Positions 11,552-24,124 of a stretch of DNA of 39,409 nucleotides are shown piece after piece (the first letter of the stretch is position 1; each line of letters opens with the position of its first letter). Under the pieces are notes generated by a model. It ran no database searches. It was not told the origin of the DNA and was given only the letters and a program-made list of their open reading frames with translations. A program made the position numbers and the translations under genes. Location: positions 18,211,308 to 18,250,716 of the forward strand of contig NC_068998.1 in the NCBI RefSeq assembly GCF_001194135.2, in the 5' to 3' direction. This DNA is from Octopus bimaculoides (lineage: Eukaryota).

Positions 11552-11893
11552 CAGGCGTGACTGTGTGGTAAGAAGTTTGCTTGCTAACCACATGGCTCCG
11601 GGTTCAGTCCCACTGCGTGACACCTTGGACAAGTGTCTTCTACTATAGCCTCGGGCCAACCAAAGCCTTGTGAGTGGATTTAGTAGACGGAAACTGAAAG
11701 AAGCCCGTTGTGTATATATATATGAGTGTGTCCTGTCACTGCTTGGCAACTGGTGTTAGTTTGTTTACATCCTCATAACTTAGCAGTTCGGAAAAAAGAG
11801 AACAGCAGAATAAGTACCAGACTAAAAATTTCTTCAATGTCATGCCCCACCATAGCTGCAGTCTAATGACCAACCAAGTAAAAGATAAAGGAT
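11552..11893 (+). mobile_element. SINE family 1 copy
   Basis: Same head, core and tail modules, moderately diverged. Confidence 0.85.
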
Positions 11894-12020
11894 ATAATGC
11901 AGAAGTTTAACAAAGAAATTTGTTCTGCAGCAACATGATGTCAGGATGACAGCCTGTTGACTCTAATATATAAAAAGAGAAGTTGTATTATTTTTTATCA
12001 ATTTTGCTTCATCTTTTATT

Positions 12021-12220
12021 TTTTACTTGTTTCAGTCATTAGACTGTGGCCGTGCTGGGACACCACTTTGAAGAATTTTTAGTCGAATGAATTGACTTCA
12101 AGACTTATTTCAAGTCTGGTACTTATTTTGTTGGTCCCTTTTGCCAAACCTCTAAGTTATGGGGACATAAACACACCAACGCCAGTTGTCAAGCAGTGAT
12201 GGGGGACAAACACAGACAAA

Positions 12221-12271
<51 letters not shown>

Positions 12272-12422
12272 GATGTGCTTCTTTCAGTTTCTGTCAACCA
12301 AAGGCTTTGGCCAGCCTGAGACTATACTAGAAGGCATTTGTACAAGGTACCATAAAGTGGGACCGAACCTAGAACGAGTTGGTTGAGAAGCAAACTTCTT
12401 ACCACTCAGCCATACCTGCACC
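12021..12422 (-). mobile_element. SINE family 1 copy
   Basis: Same modules in reverse, with (CA)n centre. Confidence 0.85.
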
Positions 12423-12994
12423 TATATTTTCATTAAATTTCTATAAGTATTTATTATTAGAAAATAGTAACAATGCAAAAGAACAAAGAATAAATCAAGA
12501 AATTTATTAATTATCCTTTTTAATTTTATTTTAGAAATTTACTTGATGGGGAAGGGGTCAATATGTTATCAGATTTCCCAAGAAATGGTCAATGATAAAG
12601 TTTACTGACATAATCATTGAATGTGCTGAAGTAGCAACTTAATCCTATCATCTTAAAAAAAAGACTAAATGACCATTTAGGAAAGCATTTCTCACAGGAA
12701 GGGAGCTAAAAGGATTCAAAATGAAGGAGATGACAAATTATAAAAAGGAAAGTTTGTATGTTGACTTTTCAATAGCAAAGTTTGTATGTTGACTGCTAAC
12801 TTCACTAAATTAAATTGCTAATAAGTAAGGCTTTTTGTGTGTTTTCAACTATGTGGACTTTTTCCTTGAAAATGGGTTTCAAGATGGAGAATAAATTACC
12901 TTTACAATTTGAAGTTTGGAAGTGTAGACTCTGAGTTTTCCACCTACCCTGTAACTGAATATTCCCCTCCCCACAAATTTCGCCTATAGCAGAA

Positions 12995-13165
12995 ATGATT
13001 ATTTTTTTCTACTCTAGGCACAAGGCCCAAAATTTTTTGGAAAGGAGCCAGTCAATTAGATTGACCCCAGTACACAACTGGTACTTAATTTATCGACCCC
13101 GAAAGGATGAAAGGTAAAGTCAACCTTGGCAGAATTTGAACTCAGAACGTAAAGACAGACGAAAT
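12995..13165 (-). mobile_element. SINE family 3, 3' portion
   Basis: ggtacttaatttatcgaccccgaaaggatgaaaggtaaagtcaacc. Confidence 0.8.
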
Positions 13166-13475
13166 AGTAGAAATGATTATTACCAAAACAATGTTTGCGG
13201 ACTGATTGCAGTGATACCGTTCACTCAAACTGCGTTCATATTTACTAAAACAAAAATAATTTGTGTCTAAACTAGACTCTATGAGGGTTTTAACTATCCT
13301 AAGACAAAAGCTTAGAAAGAATTAACAGTCATTATTGCTAGAAATATAAAATATATGAATTAAAAAAACTCGGTTTAAAATGATGCGATAGTGATAACAA
13401 TGATTAACAATAACAAAAGTACAATAACATAGGATCATATGGCATTTTTACTTTATAAAAAATGCAGAGGCAAAT

Positions 13476-13880
13476 GCAGACATGGCTGTGTGGTAAGAAG
13501 TTGCTTCTGAACCACATTATTCCATGTTCAGTCCCACTATAGCCTCAGGCCGACCAAAGCCTTGTGAGTGGATTGAGTAGACGGAAACTGAAAGAAGCCC
13601 ATTGTATATGTGTGTATGCATGTATGTGTGTGTGTGTATATACATATATGTATATGTTTATATATATATACACACACACACATATCTCATTGCTTGACAA
13701 CTGGTATTGTTGGTGCATTTACATCCCCATAACTTAGCAGTTCAGTAAAAAAGTCTGATAGAATAAGTTAAAAACTTAAAGAAAATAATTAAGTATTGAG
13801 AAGGTCGATTTATTTGACTATAAATTCTTCAAGGCAGGGCCCCAGTATGGCCACAGCGTAATGACTCAAACAAGTAAAAA
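13476..13880 (+). mobile_element. SINE family 1 copy
   Basis: Same modules with a small internal deletion. Confidence 0.85.
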
Positions 13881-14779
13881 GGTACACAAAACTTTTTACA
13901 AATGGAAAAGTTCAATAATGAAAACAATGTCTGCTATGTACTTCTGTTTTCTTAACTATTGTTCACTAAAATATTTTGAATTGATGAACATAAGCAAAGT
14001 CACAGAATAAAAAAATAATTGTCGTGACTTTCGCTGGGGAAAAGGTCACAGTAAAATGTGAGTCATTCAAATACCATAAATGGTAAAATAACGAAACAGT
14101 ATTTCAAAGTCATTTAATGACTCATAAGACATGACTTTATAATACTGATTTCAAATTTTAGCACAAAGCCAGAAATTTTGGGTGAGGGAGTAAGTCAGCT
14201 GACCACCTTAGCTGAACTAGTAATTTATTGACAAAATAACTTATTTATAATATTGATAGCATGCATAATTATATGGAAGAATCCTGTTTTATTTAATATC
14301 TTATATGGAAACAATGAAACAAAAAACAAAAGCAATCAGTAATATTTTGACGTTTTCTTGTGACATTTTTTCCCTGTGACATTTTTTCCCTGTGACTTTC
14401 TTTTCTTAGATTCTTTGAATCATGTCATGACCTCAAAAGCCACTTCAACAAATCTTCATTTGTACATGTTTGACAAAAGATTGCTTCATAGGATTGTCAC
14501 ATCATAAAAGACACACATAATATACATGAAAGTATTATGTCTGTTTATATACTTCAATCCATCCTTTATTTTATGTGGAAACAGGATATAACTGACAAAT
14601 GTTTTAGCGGGAGAGAATAATGATTTCATTGAAATCGGTACTTGACTGGTACTTATTCTATCAACTTCTAAAAGGATAACAGGTTACAATAAGTTTTTCA
14701 CTCAACTACAGTGAGATTCTAACTCAGACTATACAGAAGCATAATTCTTTCTTTTCTTATTTTGCAAGACCAGCAATTT

Positions 14780-14960
14780 CTGACGGAAGGGGAAGTTGAT
14801 TACATTGACCCCAGTGCTCAGCTGGTACATATTTTATGAACACTGAAAGGATAAAAGACTAAGCCAAAAACTAAGTGGAATCTGAACTTGGAACATAAAG
14901 ACAAGCAAAATGCTGCCAGGCATTTTGTCCTGCATGCTAACGATTCTAGTAGCTCACCAC
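14780..14960 (-). mobile_element. SINE family 3 copy, degenerate
   Basis: ttgaccccagtgctcagctggtac...catgctaacgattctagtagctcaccacct. Confidence 0.7.
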
Positions 14961-16379
14961 CTTCTAAAGAATCATAATTAAAATCTAGTTTGTCTCAATG
15001 ATGTAGCTAAGTATGCTACCAGGGGACAGTCCTTGGAGTTTCTGCCTCTTCACTGGCCCTCACAGCCTACTGAGGCTCACAGCAGACCTAAAAGTGTTGT
15101 CCCCATAAAAGTGTCTCCTGGAGCAGGTTCCCCTCCCCCTGCATCACCTCACCCATGCTCCCAAAACAAGCTACACTACTGCTTTGCCTTACAATCTACA
15201 TTTATTGCAAATTAACAGAACAAAGTGAATAATTTAAAAAGTAAGAATCATGAATAATGTAATATTAAAAAATTGTCTCAGAACAGTTGTGGTGTCTTAA
15301 TTATTATTATTTTTTTTTTTTATTGTTAGTTGAAGACAGTTACCTTACTTTCTGCTGAAAAACAGGAGAGAGACAGACAGACAGACATACAATAGACAGA
15401 AGCATAGAAGAGTGAATGAAATGCAGAGAGATGGTGGGTGAGAGCGATTTAACTAGGGTAAAAAGTGATTTCCATTTCATGAGAAGGCTAAGAATTTTCA
15501 TAGCCTGGCATCTGACATTTCAACATAATCAACAATTAGAAAGAGNNNNNNNNNNNNNNNNNNNNNNNNNNNNNNNNNNNNNNNNNNNNNNNNNNNNNNN
15601 NNNNNNNNNNNNNNNNNNNNNNNNNNNNNNNNNNNNNNNNNNNNNNNNNNNNNNNNNNNNNNNNNNNNNNNNNNNNNNNNNNNNNNNNNNNNNNNNNNNN
15701 NNNNNNNNNNNNNNNNNNNNNNNNNNNNNNNNNNNNNNNNNNNNNNNNNNNNNNNNNNNNNNNNNNNNNNNNNNNNNNNNNNNNNNNNNNNNNNNNNNNN
15801 NNNNNNNNNNNNNNNNNNNNNNNNNNNNNNNNNNNNNNNNNNNNNNNNNNNNNNNNNNNNNNNNNNNNNNNNNNNNNNNNNNNNNNNNNNNNNNNNNNNN
15901 NNNNNNNNNNNNNNNNNNNNNNNNNNNNNNNNNNNNNNNNNNNNNNNNNNNNNNNNNNNNNNNNNNNNNNNNNNNNNNNNNNNNNNNNNNNNNNNNNNNN
16001 NNNNNNNNNNNNNNNNNNNNNNNNNNNNNNNNNNNNNNNNNNNNNNNNNNNNNNNNNNNNNNNNNNNNNNNNNNNNNNNNNNNNNNNNNNNNNNNNNNNN
16101 NNNNNNNNNNNNNNNNNNNNNNNNNNNNNNNNNNNNNNNNNNNNNNNNNNNNNNNNNNNNNNNNNNNNNNNNNNNNNNNNNNNNNNNNNNNNNNNNNNNN
16201 NNNNNNNNNNNNNNNNNNNNNNNNNNNNNNNNNNNNNNNNNNNNNGAAAAAAGGGGAAAAAATGTCCCTTAGCCCGAAATGCAGTGTTTCTCTAAGTGGG
16301 TTCCATGAAAAAAATTCTGAGATTTAGCAACATAAGGGCTATTTTAATAAAATTTAAGAAATTTTAATATTGTGAAAAA

Positions 16380-17010
16380 ATGCTAAAGAGACTAGGATTA
16401 GATTTTGGATTGTGAGGGCCATACAAGCCATAAGAAGTACTGTCATCAAAGTGAGAGTCAGCAAGAATCCAGCATTGAATCTACCATTAAGATAAGGAGT
16501 TTATCAAAGGAAGGGGCTCTTCTCAGTCACTTCCATTTGTTATAGTCCACCAAGTTATGATACAGAAGCTTAGAACCAGATGGCCAAGGGAGCTCCTATA
16601 TGCTGATGATCTAGCTCTTCTAGTGGATCTAGAGAAGAAATTCTAAATGTAGAAGGAAAACCTGGAATTGGGAGGTTTCAAAGTTATCATAGTAGAAACT
16701 AAACTATTAGTAAGAAATAGAGAAAATAGTACTTTTCTTACATTTTGGAAAATGGCCATGCTCAATATATAGAACAGAAAGCAGGTAGGAATTCCATATA
16801 GTATCCCCATTGTAAACTACAGGTATACAAGAGATGCTTTAGGATCACAGGTATATTAATGTAAAAGGTACACTTCCCAGATATGGGGAGAATTAGCTTT
16901 AAGATCTCACAGGAAATAGATTCTGTCAAATGCCCAGAAGGTCCCCTATAAATAGCTGATAGCCTCTGCTACCAAGGTAATCTACTTGCCTTTATATTCT
17001 AGCTCCTTTT
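16380..17010 (+). mobile_element. Decayed RTE-clade LINE reverse transcriptase fragment
   Basis: ggagctcctatatgctgatgatctagctctt = ELLYADDLAL (RT motif) at about 16590-16620. The surrounding frames give VRAIQA..KVRVS and LEKKF, with stops and frameshifts. Confidence 0.8.
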
Positions 17011-17155
17011 CACCCACACATCCAAGGCCCTTCTATGTCATCACTCTATCTCATAGGTCATGTTGCCTTCTGTCACTGTTCTATCCTCATATACATATTA
17101 CTTTGATTTGACATGCATGTCTGAGAATATGCAGTAATCCTATCATCATAGCCCT

Positions 17156-17203
<48 letters not shown>

Positions 17204-18037
17204 TATACATACATACATACATACGTGTGTGTGTGTGTACGTACATATGTATGTATGCATACATACACACGTTTTACCCTCTCCCCACCACTTTGGCAGC
17301 ATTGGGTATCACTCCTAGTTTGGATTTTCAATATTTACATAATAAACTATAAAGAAAGAAAAGAATAAAGAATGGAAAACTAAATCCTGTCGTCTGCCTT
17401 TCAGATTGTCACATAACATTTCTCTATTTACCTCATGGTTACTAAAGAGAATAAAAATTCATATGGTTATGTTTACCATAGGTGAAATCCTAGTTGAGCA
17501 ACTCATGGTCTTTGAAATGATCTTTTATATTAAGGGTGGATACATTTGTGCAATATTTTTAATGATGTCATAATTTTCTCTCTTTCCAGTAGTTTGAGAA
17601 CATTTCAACTGAGCAGTTATTTTATACAACTGCTATTCATTGTTTGAGGCTATAAGAGGCTTGCACTTACAATATCTTTTTATATATTCCAATTGAAAGA
17701 AGCAAAACCCAATGAAGGCCAACTACAAAATCCAGAGAAAACTAAGGTTTATAAGGACTAATCATTACCCATTGCTATGCTGCCGGGTAATGACCTAATC
17801 AAGATAAAATGTATCCTTTCAGTAGAAGCCAACAACAATGATCATGCTGATATGCTTAGCAAATTGAAACAAACTTTAATTATATCATTCAGACATACTC
17901 ACACACACTCTCTCTCTCTCTCTTTCTATCTATCTATATCTCTCTGTCTCACTGTATTTCCCTCTCAACAACAACAACCACCTGTTATTATAGCGAAAGT
18001 CTTTTTTTAATGTCTGTGTTGTGTTGTCTTTATGTTG

Positions 18038-18077
<40 letters not shown>

Positions 18078-18469
18078 TTAGTTATTTGTTTCAAGTCTGT
18101 GCCACACTGAGTTGACAGGCTTGCACTTCAAATTCCCACGTTTTTAATCAAAACTTATTAGTTACTATAGTGACAATACTACCTACCTATCTATCTCTCT
18201 TCTATACACACATCAATATCTGTATATTTCTAAGCGATGCCTTTCACATGAAAAACATATAGTTAAATATGAGCTAACATAGTTTAGTAAACCAAAGTAT
18301 CTGGATTTTATAATAGTTCTTGTTCCACCCACACCACCCCTGTATAATGTTTTAACATTAGAAAACTTCAGTGTACACAATGTTGGTGTTACTAGAGCTA
18401 CAACACCCTAAGTAGTTCATGACAGAGCTACATTTGAGTGTTACTCTAACTATACCTTGTGTCATAAAA

Positions 18470-19090
18470 CAGCATTATTATACCTACAGTACCCAGTGAT
18501 ATTATACCTAAATTACCCTATGACACTATACCTACAGTACCCTGTGTTACTGTACCACAGTACCCTATGTCATTATACCTACAGTACCCTGTATCAGTGG
18601 AGGTGCATGGCTTACTGGTTAGGGTGTTGCACTCTTAATGGTAAGATTCTTGGACTGGGCAATGTGCTGTGTTCTTGAGCAAAACACTTCATTTCACATT
18701 GCTCCAGTTCACTCAGCTGGAAAAAATGAGTAATCCAGCAATAGATCAATGTCCAGTCCAATGAGGAATACTCACACCACAGAATCTGAGAAACCAGCCT
18801 TATGAACTTATGGCTCAGGAAGAACCTCTGATCTTTTTTTCTATCCTGTATCACTATACCTACAGTACCCAACATCATTCTACCCAGAGTACCCTGTATC
18901 CCTATCCTTACAGTACTAAATGTTACTACACCTACAGTACATGGTGTCATGATACATACAGAGCAACATATGAGTGTCACTCCATCTATATTACCCCCAT
19001 GTCACTACACAGTGTCATTATACCTACAGTACCCTGTTTCATTATATCTACTGTATCCTGTGACACTACACCTGCAGTACACAGTGTCAT
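18470..19090. repeat. Degenerate minisatellite, about 23-bp unit
   Basis: Recurrent (CA/T)TATACCTACAGTACCCTGT(G/A)T units, interrupted by a SINE at 18597-18844. Confidence 0.8.
18597..18844 (+). mobile_element. CORE-type SINE inserted in a minisatellite
   Basis: Same core as 6226-6575. Flanked by CCTGTATCA at 18588-18596 and 18845-18853. Confidence 0.7.
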
Positions 19091-19536
19091 TCTTGACAAA
19101 GTTTTATATAAGTGTCCTGTAACAGCTTACGTGAGAAATGGCAGACCAACGTATGTTCAAGGTCAAAGTTAAACATAAGCGAGATAAGAACACACACGCA
19201 ATATTATCTTTGTCAAACTTGATTTAATCAGGAGATAAAAATGGGGCTGATGACCTTAACAAGACCTCTCAGGCTGATGAGATTGATGCTCACTTTGAAC
19301 ATTTTTAAAGTCAACATCTGCAGAAAAACCATGAGCAGAAAGAACTGAAGTCATGGGAAGGAACAAATGAGAAATTAGTGCAGGGGCCAAGAAAGATGAA
19401 ACGCAATGTGTTGAGGACATGAGAAGGGAGCTAAGTTTGTCAGATACCCCTGCATGGAGACATAAAAAGGAAAGCCAAAGGGCTAATAGTGTGTTGCTTT
19501 GACTCTTTCGTATTAGTCTTCAATTCTGTGTGCATA

Positions 19537-19687
19537 GGTGCATGGCTGTATGATAAGAAGTTTACTTCACAACCACATGGTTTTGGGTTCAGTCCCATTG
19601 TATGGCACATAAGCCAAGTGTCTTATACTATAGCCCCAAGTCAAACAAAGCCTTGTAAATGGATTTGGTAGACAGAAACTGAAATAT
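19537..19687 (+). mobile_element. SINE family 1, 5' half running into a gap
   Basis: Head plus ggatttggtagacagaaactgaaa module. Confidence 0.8.
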
Positions 19688-20025
19688 NNNNNNNNNNNNN
19701 NNNNNNNNNNNNNNNNNNNNNNNNNNNNNNNNNNNNNNNNNNNNNNNNNNNNNNNNNNNNNNNNNNNNNNNNNNNNNNNNNNNNNNNGTGTGTGTGTGTG
19801 TGTGTGTGTGTGTGTGCATGCATGTATGTATGTATGTGTGAGCATGTGTAGTGTGAATATGTGTCGCTGTCATACAAGCATTGTTATTCCTTTCCAATAT
19901 TCTGCAAGAACATGTTACTTGAAACAAATGAGGGTTGGTGACAGGAAAGGCATCCAACCATAGAAAAATCTGCCTCAAATAAAAGCTTCATTTGGACCAT
20001 GCAAAGTATGGAAAGTAACTGTTAA

Positions 20026-20190
20026 ATGATGATGATGATGATGACAATGATGATGAAGACAACGATGACGAAGATGTCAACAACAATGAAGACGACGAAG
20101 GCGACAATGATGATGATGACAATGATGATGATGACGATGATGATGATGACAATGACAATGATAACAATGATGTGATGACGATGATGATGG
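20026..20190. repeat. Cryptic (GAT/GAC/AAT)n triplet array
   Basis: Continues directly from the (GAT)n tail of the family 4 copy at 19900-20030. Confidence 0.85.
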
Positions 20191-20345
20191 AAAACAAAAA
20201 TAACGATGTGTATGCAAATCTATTTATACAGATGTTGACCAGTAGAAGTTAATGCTATAAAACGGTTTTTAATAATTTTGCTGGAATTAAACAATCATTA
20301 GAAGCAAGTATTCAGTACTAAGTAATACCTTTTCCAACATTCCAT

Positions 20346-20568
20346 GAATAAAAATATGGTTTCTTTGAGTTTCTGTCTACCAAATCCAGAATAAAAATAT
20401 GGTTTCTTTGAGTTTCTGTCTACCAAATCCAGAATAAAAATATGGTTTCTTTNNNNNNNNNNAGTTTCTGTCTACCAAATCCAGAATAAAAATATGGTTT
20501 CTTTGAGTTTCTGTCTACCAAATCCAGAATAAAAATATGGTTTCTTTGAGTTTCTGTCTACCAAATCC
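20346..20568. repeat. 43-bp tandem repeat, about 5 identical copies across a 10-N gap
   Basis: Unit GAATAAAAATATGGTTTCTTTGAGTTTCTGTCTACCAAATCCA starts at 20346, 20389, 20432, 20484 and 20527. Confidence 0.9.
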
Positions 20569-20692
20569 ACTCACATGGCTTTGGTTGGTCCAAGGCTATA
20601 GTAGAAGACACTTGCCCAAGGTGCCATGCAGTGAGACTGAACTTGGAACCATGTGGTTGGTAAACAAGCTACATACCACACAGCCACACCTG
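20536..20692 (-). mobile_element. SINE family 1, 5' half
   Basis: Reverse-complement head and core. Confidence 0.8.
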
Positions 20693-21059
20693 CAACTATA
20701 TTCTATTATATTTTATCATTTTATATTTTACTTGGTTTTTTTACAGCATTTCCAGTTTTCTCACATGCTTTTAATCATACCAACCAAATTTTATAAAAAT
20801 AGTACTGCTTATCAAAGATAACAGCTGCAATGAGATCATGTATAAATAATGAATAAATAAATATACAACCAACTAAAAATTGTTAAGCATCGAACCCATC
20901 AAGAATTCTATGACGCTGGTGAATCTATTTTTGTCTAACAAATACCATTAAACACAAAACCAAAGAAGTTAATGGTCTTTAGCTGTGAAAAGTTTCAGCA
21001 GGATAAAGTGTTTCTGTCCTCTGTTATTTACCTAAAACTATTGTTAAGTGTAATCAGGT

Positions 21060-21444
21060 TGTTGGCATTCCGTCGCTTACAACATCGAGGGTTCCGGTCG
21101 ATCCGATCAACGGAACAGCCTGCTCGTGAAATTAACGTGCAAGTGGCTGAGCACTCCGCAGACACATGTACCCTTAACGTAGTTCTCGGGGATATTCAGC
21201 GTGACACAGTGTGACAAGGCTGGCCCTTTGAAAAATACAGGTACAACAGAAACAGGAAGTAAGAGTGAGAGAAAGTTGTGGTGAAAGAGTACAGCAGGGT
21301 TTGCCACCATCCCCTGCCTGAGCCTCGTGGAGCTTTAGGTGTTTTCGCTCAATAAACACTCACAACGCCCGGTCTGGGAATGGAAACCGCGATCCTATGA
21401 CCGCGAGTCCGCTGCCCTAACCACTGGGCCATTGCGCCTCCACA
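21060..21444 (-). mobile_element. SINE family 2, full length with 9-bp TSD
   Basis: Highly similar to 5064-5450. TSD TAATCAGGT at 21051-21059 and 21445-21453. Confidence 0.93.
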
Positions 21445-21570
21445 TAATCAGGTAACAGCAGAAACATTTGACATAGGGTTATGAAACAAACTTCTTAACC
21501 ATGAAGCCATGGCTGGATTCAAAACTGAACAACTACAAAATGAATGGTGGTGACAGGTATTCTTTTATTA

Positions 21571-21800
21571 TTTTACTTGTTTCAGTCATTTGACTGCAGC
21601 CATGCTGGAGCACTGCCTTCAAGGGTTTTTTAGTCTAAGTAATTAGCCCCAGGACTTATCCTTTGTAATCCAAGTATTTATTCTATCAGTCTCTTTTGCC
21701 GAACTGGAGATGTAAACACACCAACATCGGTTGTCAAGTGATGATGGAGGAACAAAATGACACAGACACATACATATTTACATACATATATATATATATA
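21571..21800 (-). mobile_element. SINE family 1, 3' half
   Basis: ttttacttgtttcagtcatttgactgcagccatgctggagc tail module. Confidence 0.8.
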
Positions 21801-22974
21801 TAAATCTTCTAGTATATAAATTGGACATGGATGATCATTGTATTCTTTCTTGTCTTGAGGTTCACAGCCAAACGGCTGGGTGGAGTCGCCTGTAAAATGT
21901 CACACAGGTGGAGACGGGTGCATTCATTGTGCTGCGGTTTTTTTTTTTTTCCAAGCCCCCATAGTTACCGAGAAAATCAATCAAAACTTCTTCTAATGGA
22001 ATTCCCCTGTTTGTTCCCCCATTAAAACAACCAGTTGTTCATACAGCTGGCATATATCATTTCGTTAGCAACAAGAGGAGTACAGGATGACAGTCAGCCA
22101 ATACTTTCACAATGCTGTCTCTCTTCTTTCACCTCTTTGTGGGATTAATAATTTCAATCTTTAGTTACAGTTTCTCATTCAAACTACATAATAGGCAGAA
22201 TTGTCGGATTAAGACAGTAGGGTGTTTTGAAATTCTTATTAATAAAAGATGTAGGGCTTCCATCAGTTAATGTTAATCACATGGTTTCAAGCTTTGTCAT
22301 GATCTTAAACTTTTGACCAGGCAAAATATTGTTGGTTTTCATACAAAGCATATTTTCTGCATTAAATGTTAAACAGTTCTTTAGGTTTACACATATCGTT
22401 TTCTATTAGCCAATAAGGAATCTATAATGAAAAATAGGTGAATATATTAGTCTGCATGGAGTTCATTTTGGCAGTTTTTACACTGGTCTTAAGATTTTGT
22501 CCAGCAATGTATATGTTCAGGCTTGGACATGATTTTTTTTTTTTTTAGGAAGGTTATCAGTTGGCCCATGCCTGTTCTACACTACCTTCCCTTCTACACA
22601 CTACCTATGTTTATCCAAGAAAATGTCCTCTGACTTAGAATGATATTGTTTGGCACCAATGTTGTTACAGCTGTTGTGGTCAAAATGCAAAGAGCCAGGA
22701 CTAATATTGCAGGATATCTCACCCAATTCTCTAATGGTTCTTCCAATCCATCAACCTAGATTCATACTTTCTGATTAACTCCAAAGGATAAACAGCAAAG
22801 GTGAACCCCTATTATAAAATAAATTGAATAATAATTCAACAATATAATATGCGATATATATATTTATATTTATATCTTCATCAGATGATGATGATGATCT
22901 TAAAGCTTGATAAATATTAATAATTCTTACTGAAAATTTGGAACACAATTTAGAATATATTTGGGTTTGTTTGT

Positions 22975-23171
22975 ATGGCAAAAAGCTTGCTTCCCAACCA
23001 TGTGTTCTTGGGTTCAATCCAACTGCACGCCACCTTGGGCAAACATCTGACCAAAACCTAGTGGGTGGATTTGGTAGACAGAAACTGAAAGAACTCCATT
23101 AATTGTGTGTGTGGGGTATATATATATGTGTNNNNNNNNNNNNNNNNNNNNNNNNNNNNNNNNNNNNNNNN

Positions 23172-23214
<43 letters not shown>

Positions 23215-23580
23215 TATGTATGTATGTATGTAGTTGGAATTTACAAAAAAACAAAACAAAAGCTGAAGACATTTAACGCTCAGGAAGTGAGAAAGTCTTT
23301 TACATTTCGAGCCTACACTCTTATGTATGTATGTATGTATGTATGTATGTATGTATGTATGTGTGTGTGTGTGTGTGTATAGGTATACGTACATGTGTGT
23401 ATTTGTCCCCTACCATTGTTTGCCATCCAGTTTTGGTTTATGCACGTCCCCCATAAGTCACCAGTTCAGATCAATAGAATAAAAAACAGGGCTTAAAAAC
23501 TAGGGTCAATTTGTTTGACCAAAACCTTCAAGGGGGTGCCCCAGTATGGCCACAGCACAAAGACTGAAAAAAGTAAAAGA
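22975..23580 (+). mobile_element. Degenerate SINE family 1 copy with expanded and interrupted microsatellite centre
   Basis: Head and core at 22975-23100, tail at 23390-23580. Confidence 0.7.
23231..23322 (-). mobile_element. Short probable Penelope-like fragment within (TATG)n
   Basis: Minus strand AAGAGTGTAGGCTCGAAATGTA: 4-bp stem plus GAAA plus GTA, flanked on both sides by (TATG)n. Confidence 0.45.
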
Positions 23581-24091
23581 TACAGTGTCACTAGAAAGGA
23601 AAGTATCAGCTACTTACATCATTAACATGACTATTATCAGAAATAAAACAGAAGTAAAAAAAAAAGAACTCATTAACTTTGCTCAATGGATATGCCAAGA
23701 TTTCATTATTGTAAACCAAACGTGACATTTTTGAATTTGAAGTTGAATGTAGTCTATTCTTCTATAAACAACATGCAGAATTTGACTCTAAAGATTTTTT
23801 TTGTTATAAAAATATCTTTTCGTTTAAGGTTACACAATTTTATATCTGCTCTAGAACACTTAGCTTTGTTTAGTCTATCGGATTTTCTTTTAATTTGTTT
23901 GTATATGTTGGGCTCTCTTAAATACTTTTAAAGTACTTGCAGAGACCATTTATGTATTCTTAATCTAATATGACACAGTGGAACTTATGATTCAAACACA
24001 TTATGAAGAATTATTTAAAAAATATAACCAATAAGAATCCGAATTAGAACAACTAATAGAATAATTTGTCCAATCAATTTTAAGTAAAACA

Positions 24092-24124
<33 letters not shown>

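Noticed and set aside
12749-12794. 18-bp direct duplication AAAGTTTGTATGTTGACT
   Set aside because: Simple local slippage with no further structure.
20346-20568. Regular direct repeats suggesting a CRISPR array
   Set aside because: No unique spacers; pure tandem repeat in eukaryotic DNA; no cas genes.
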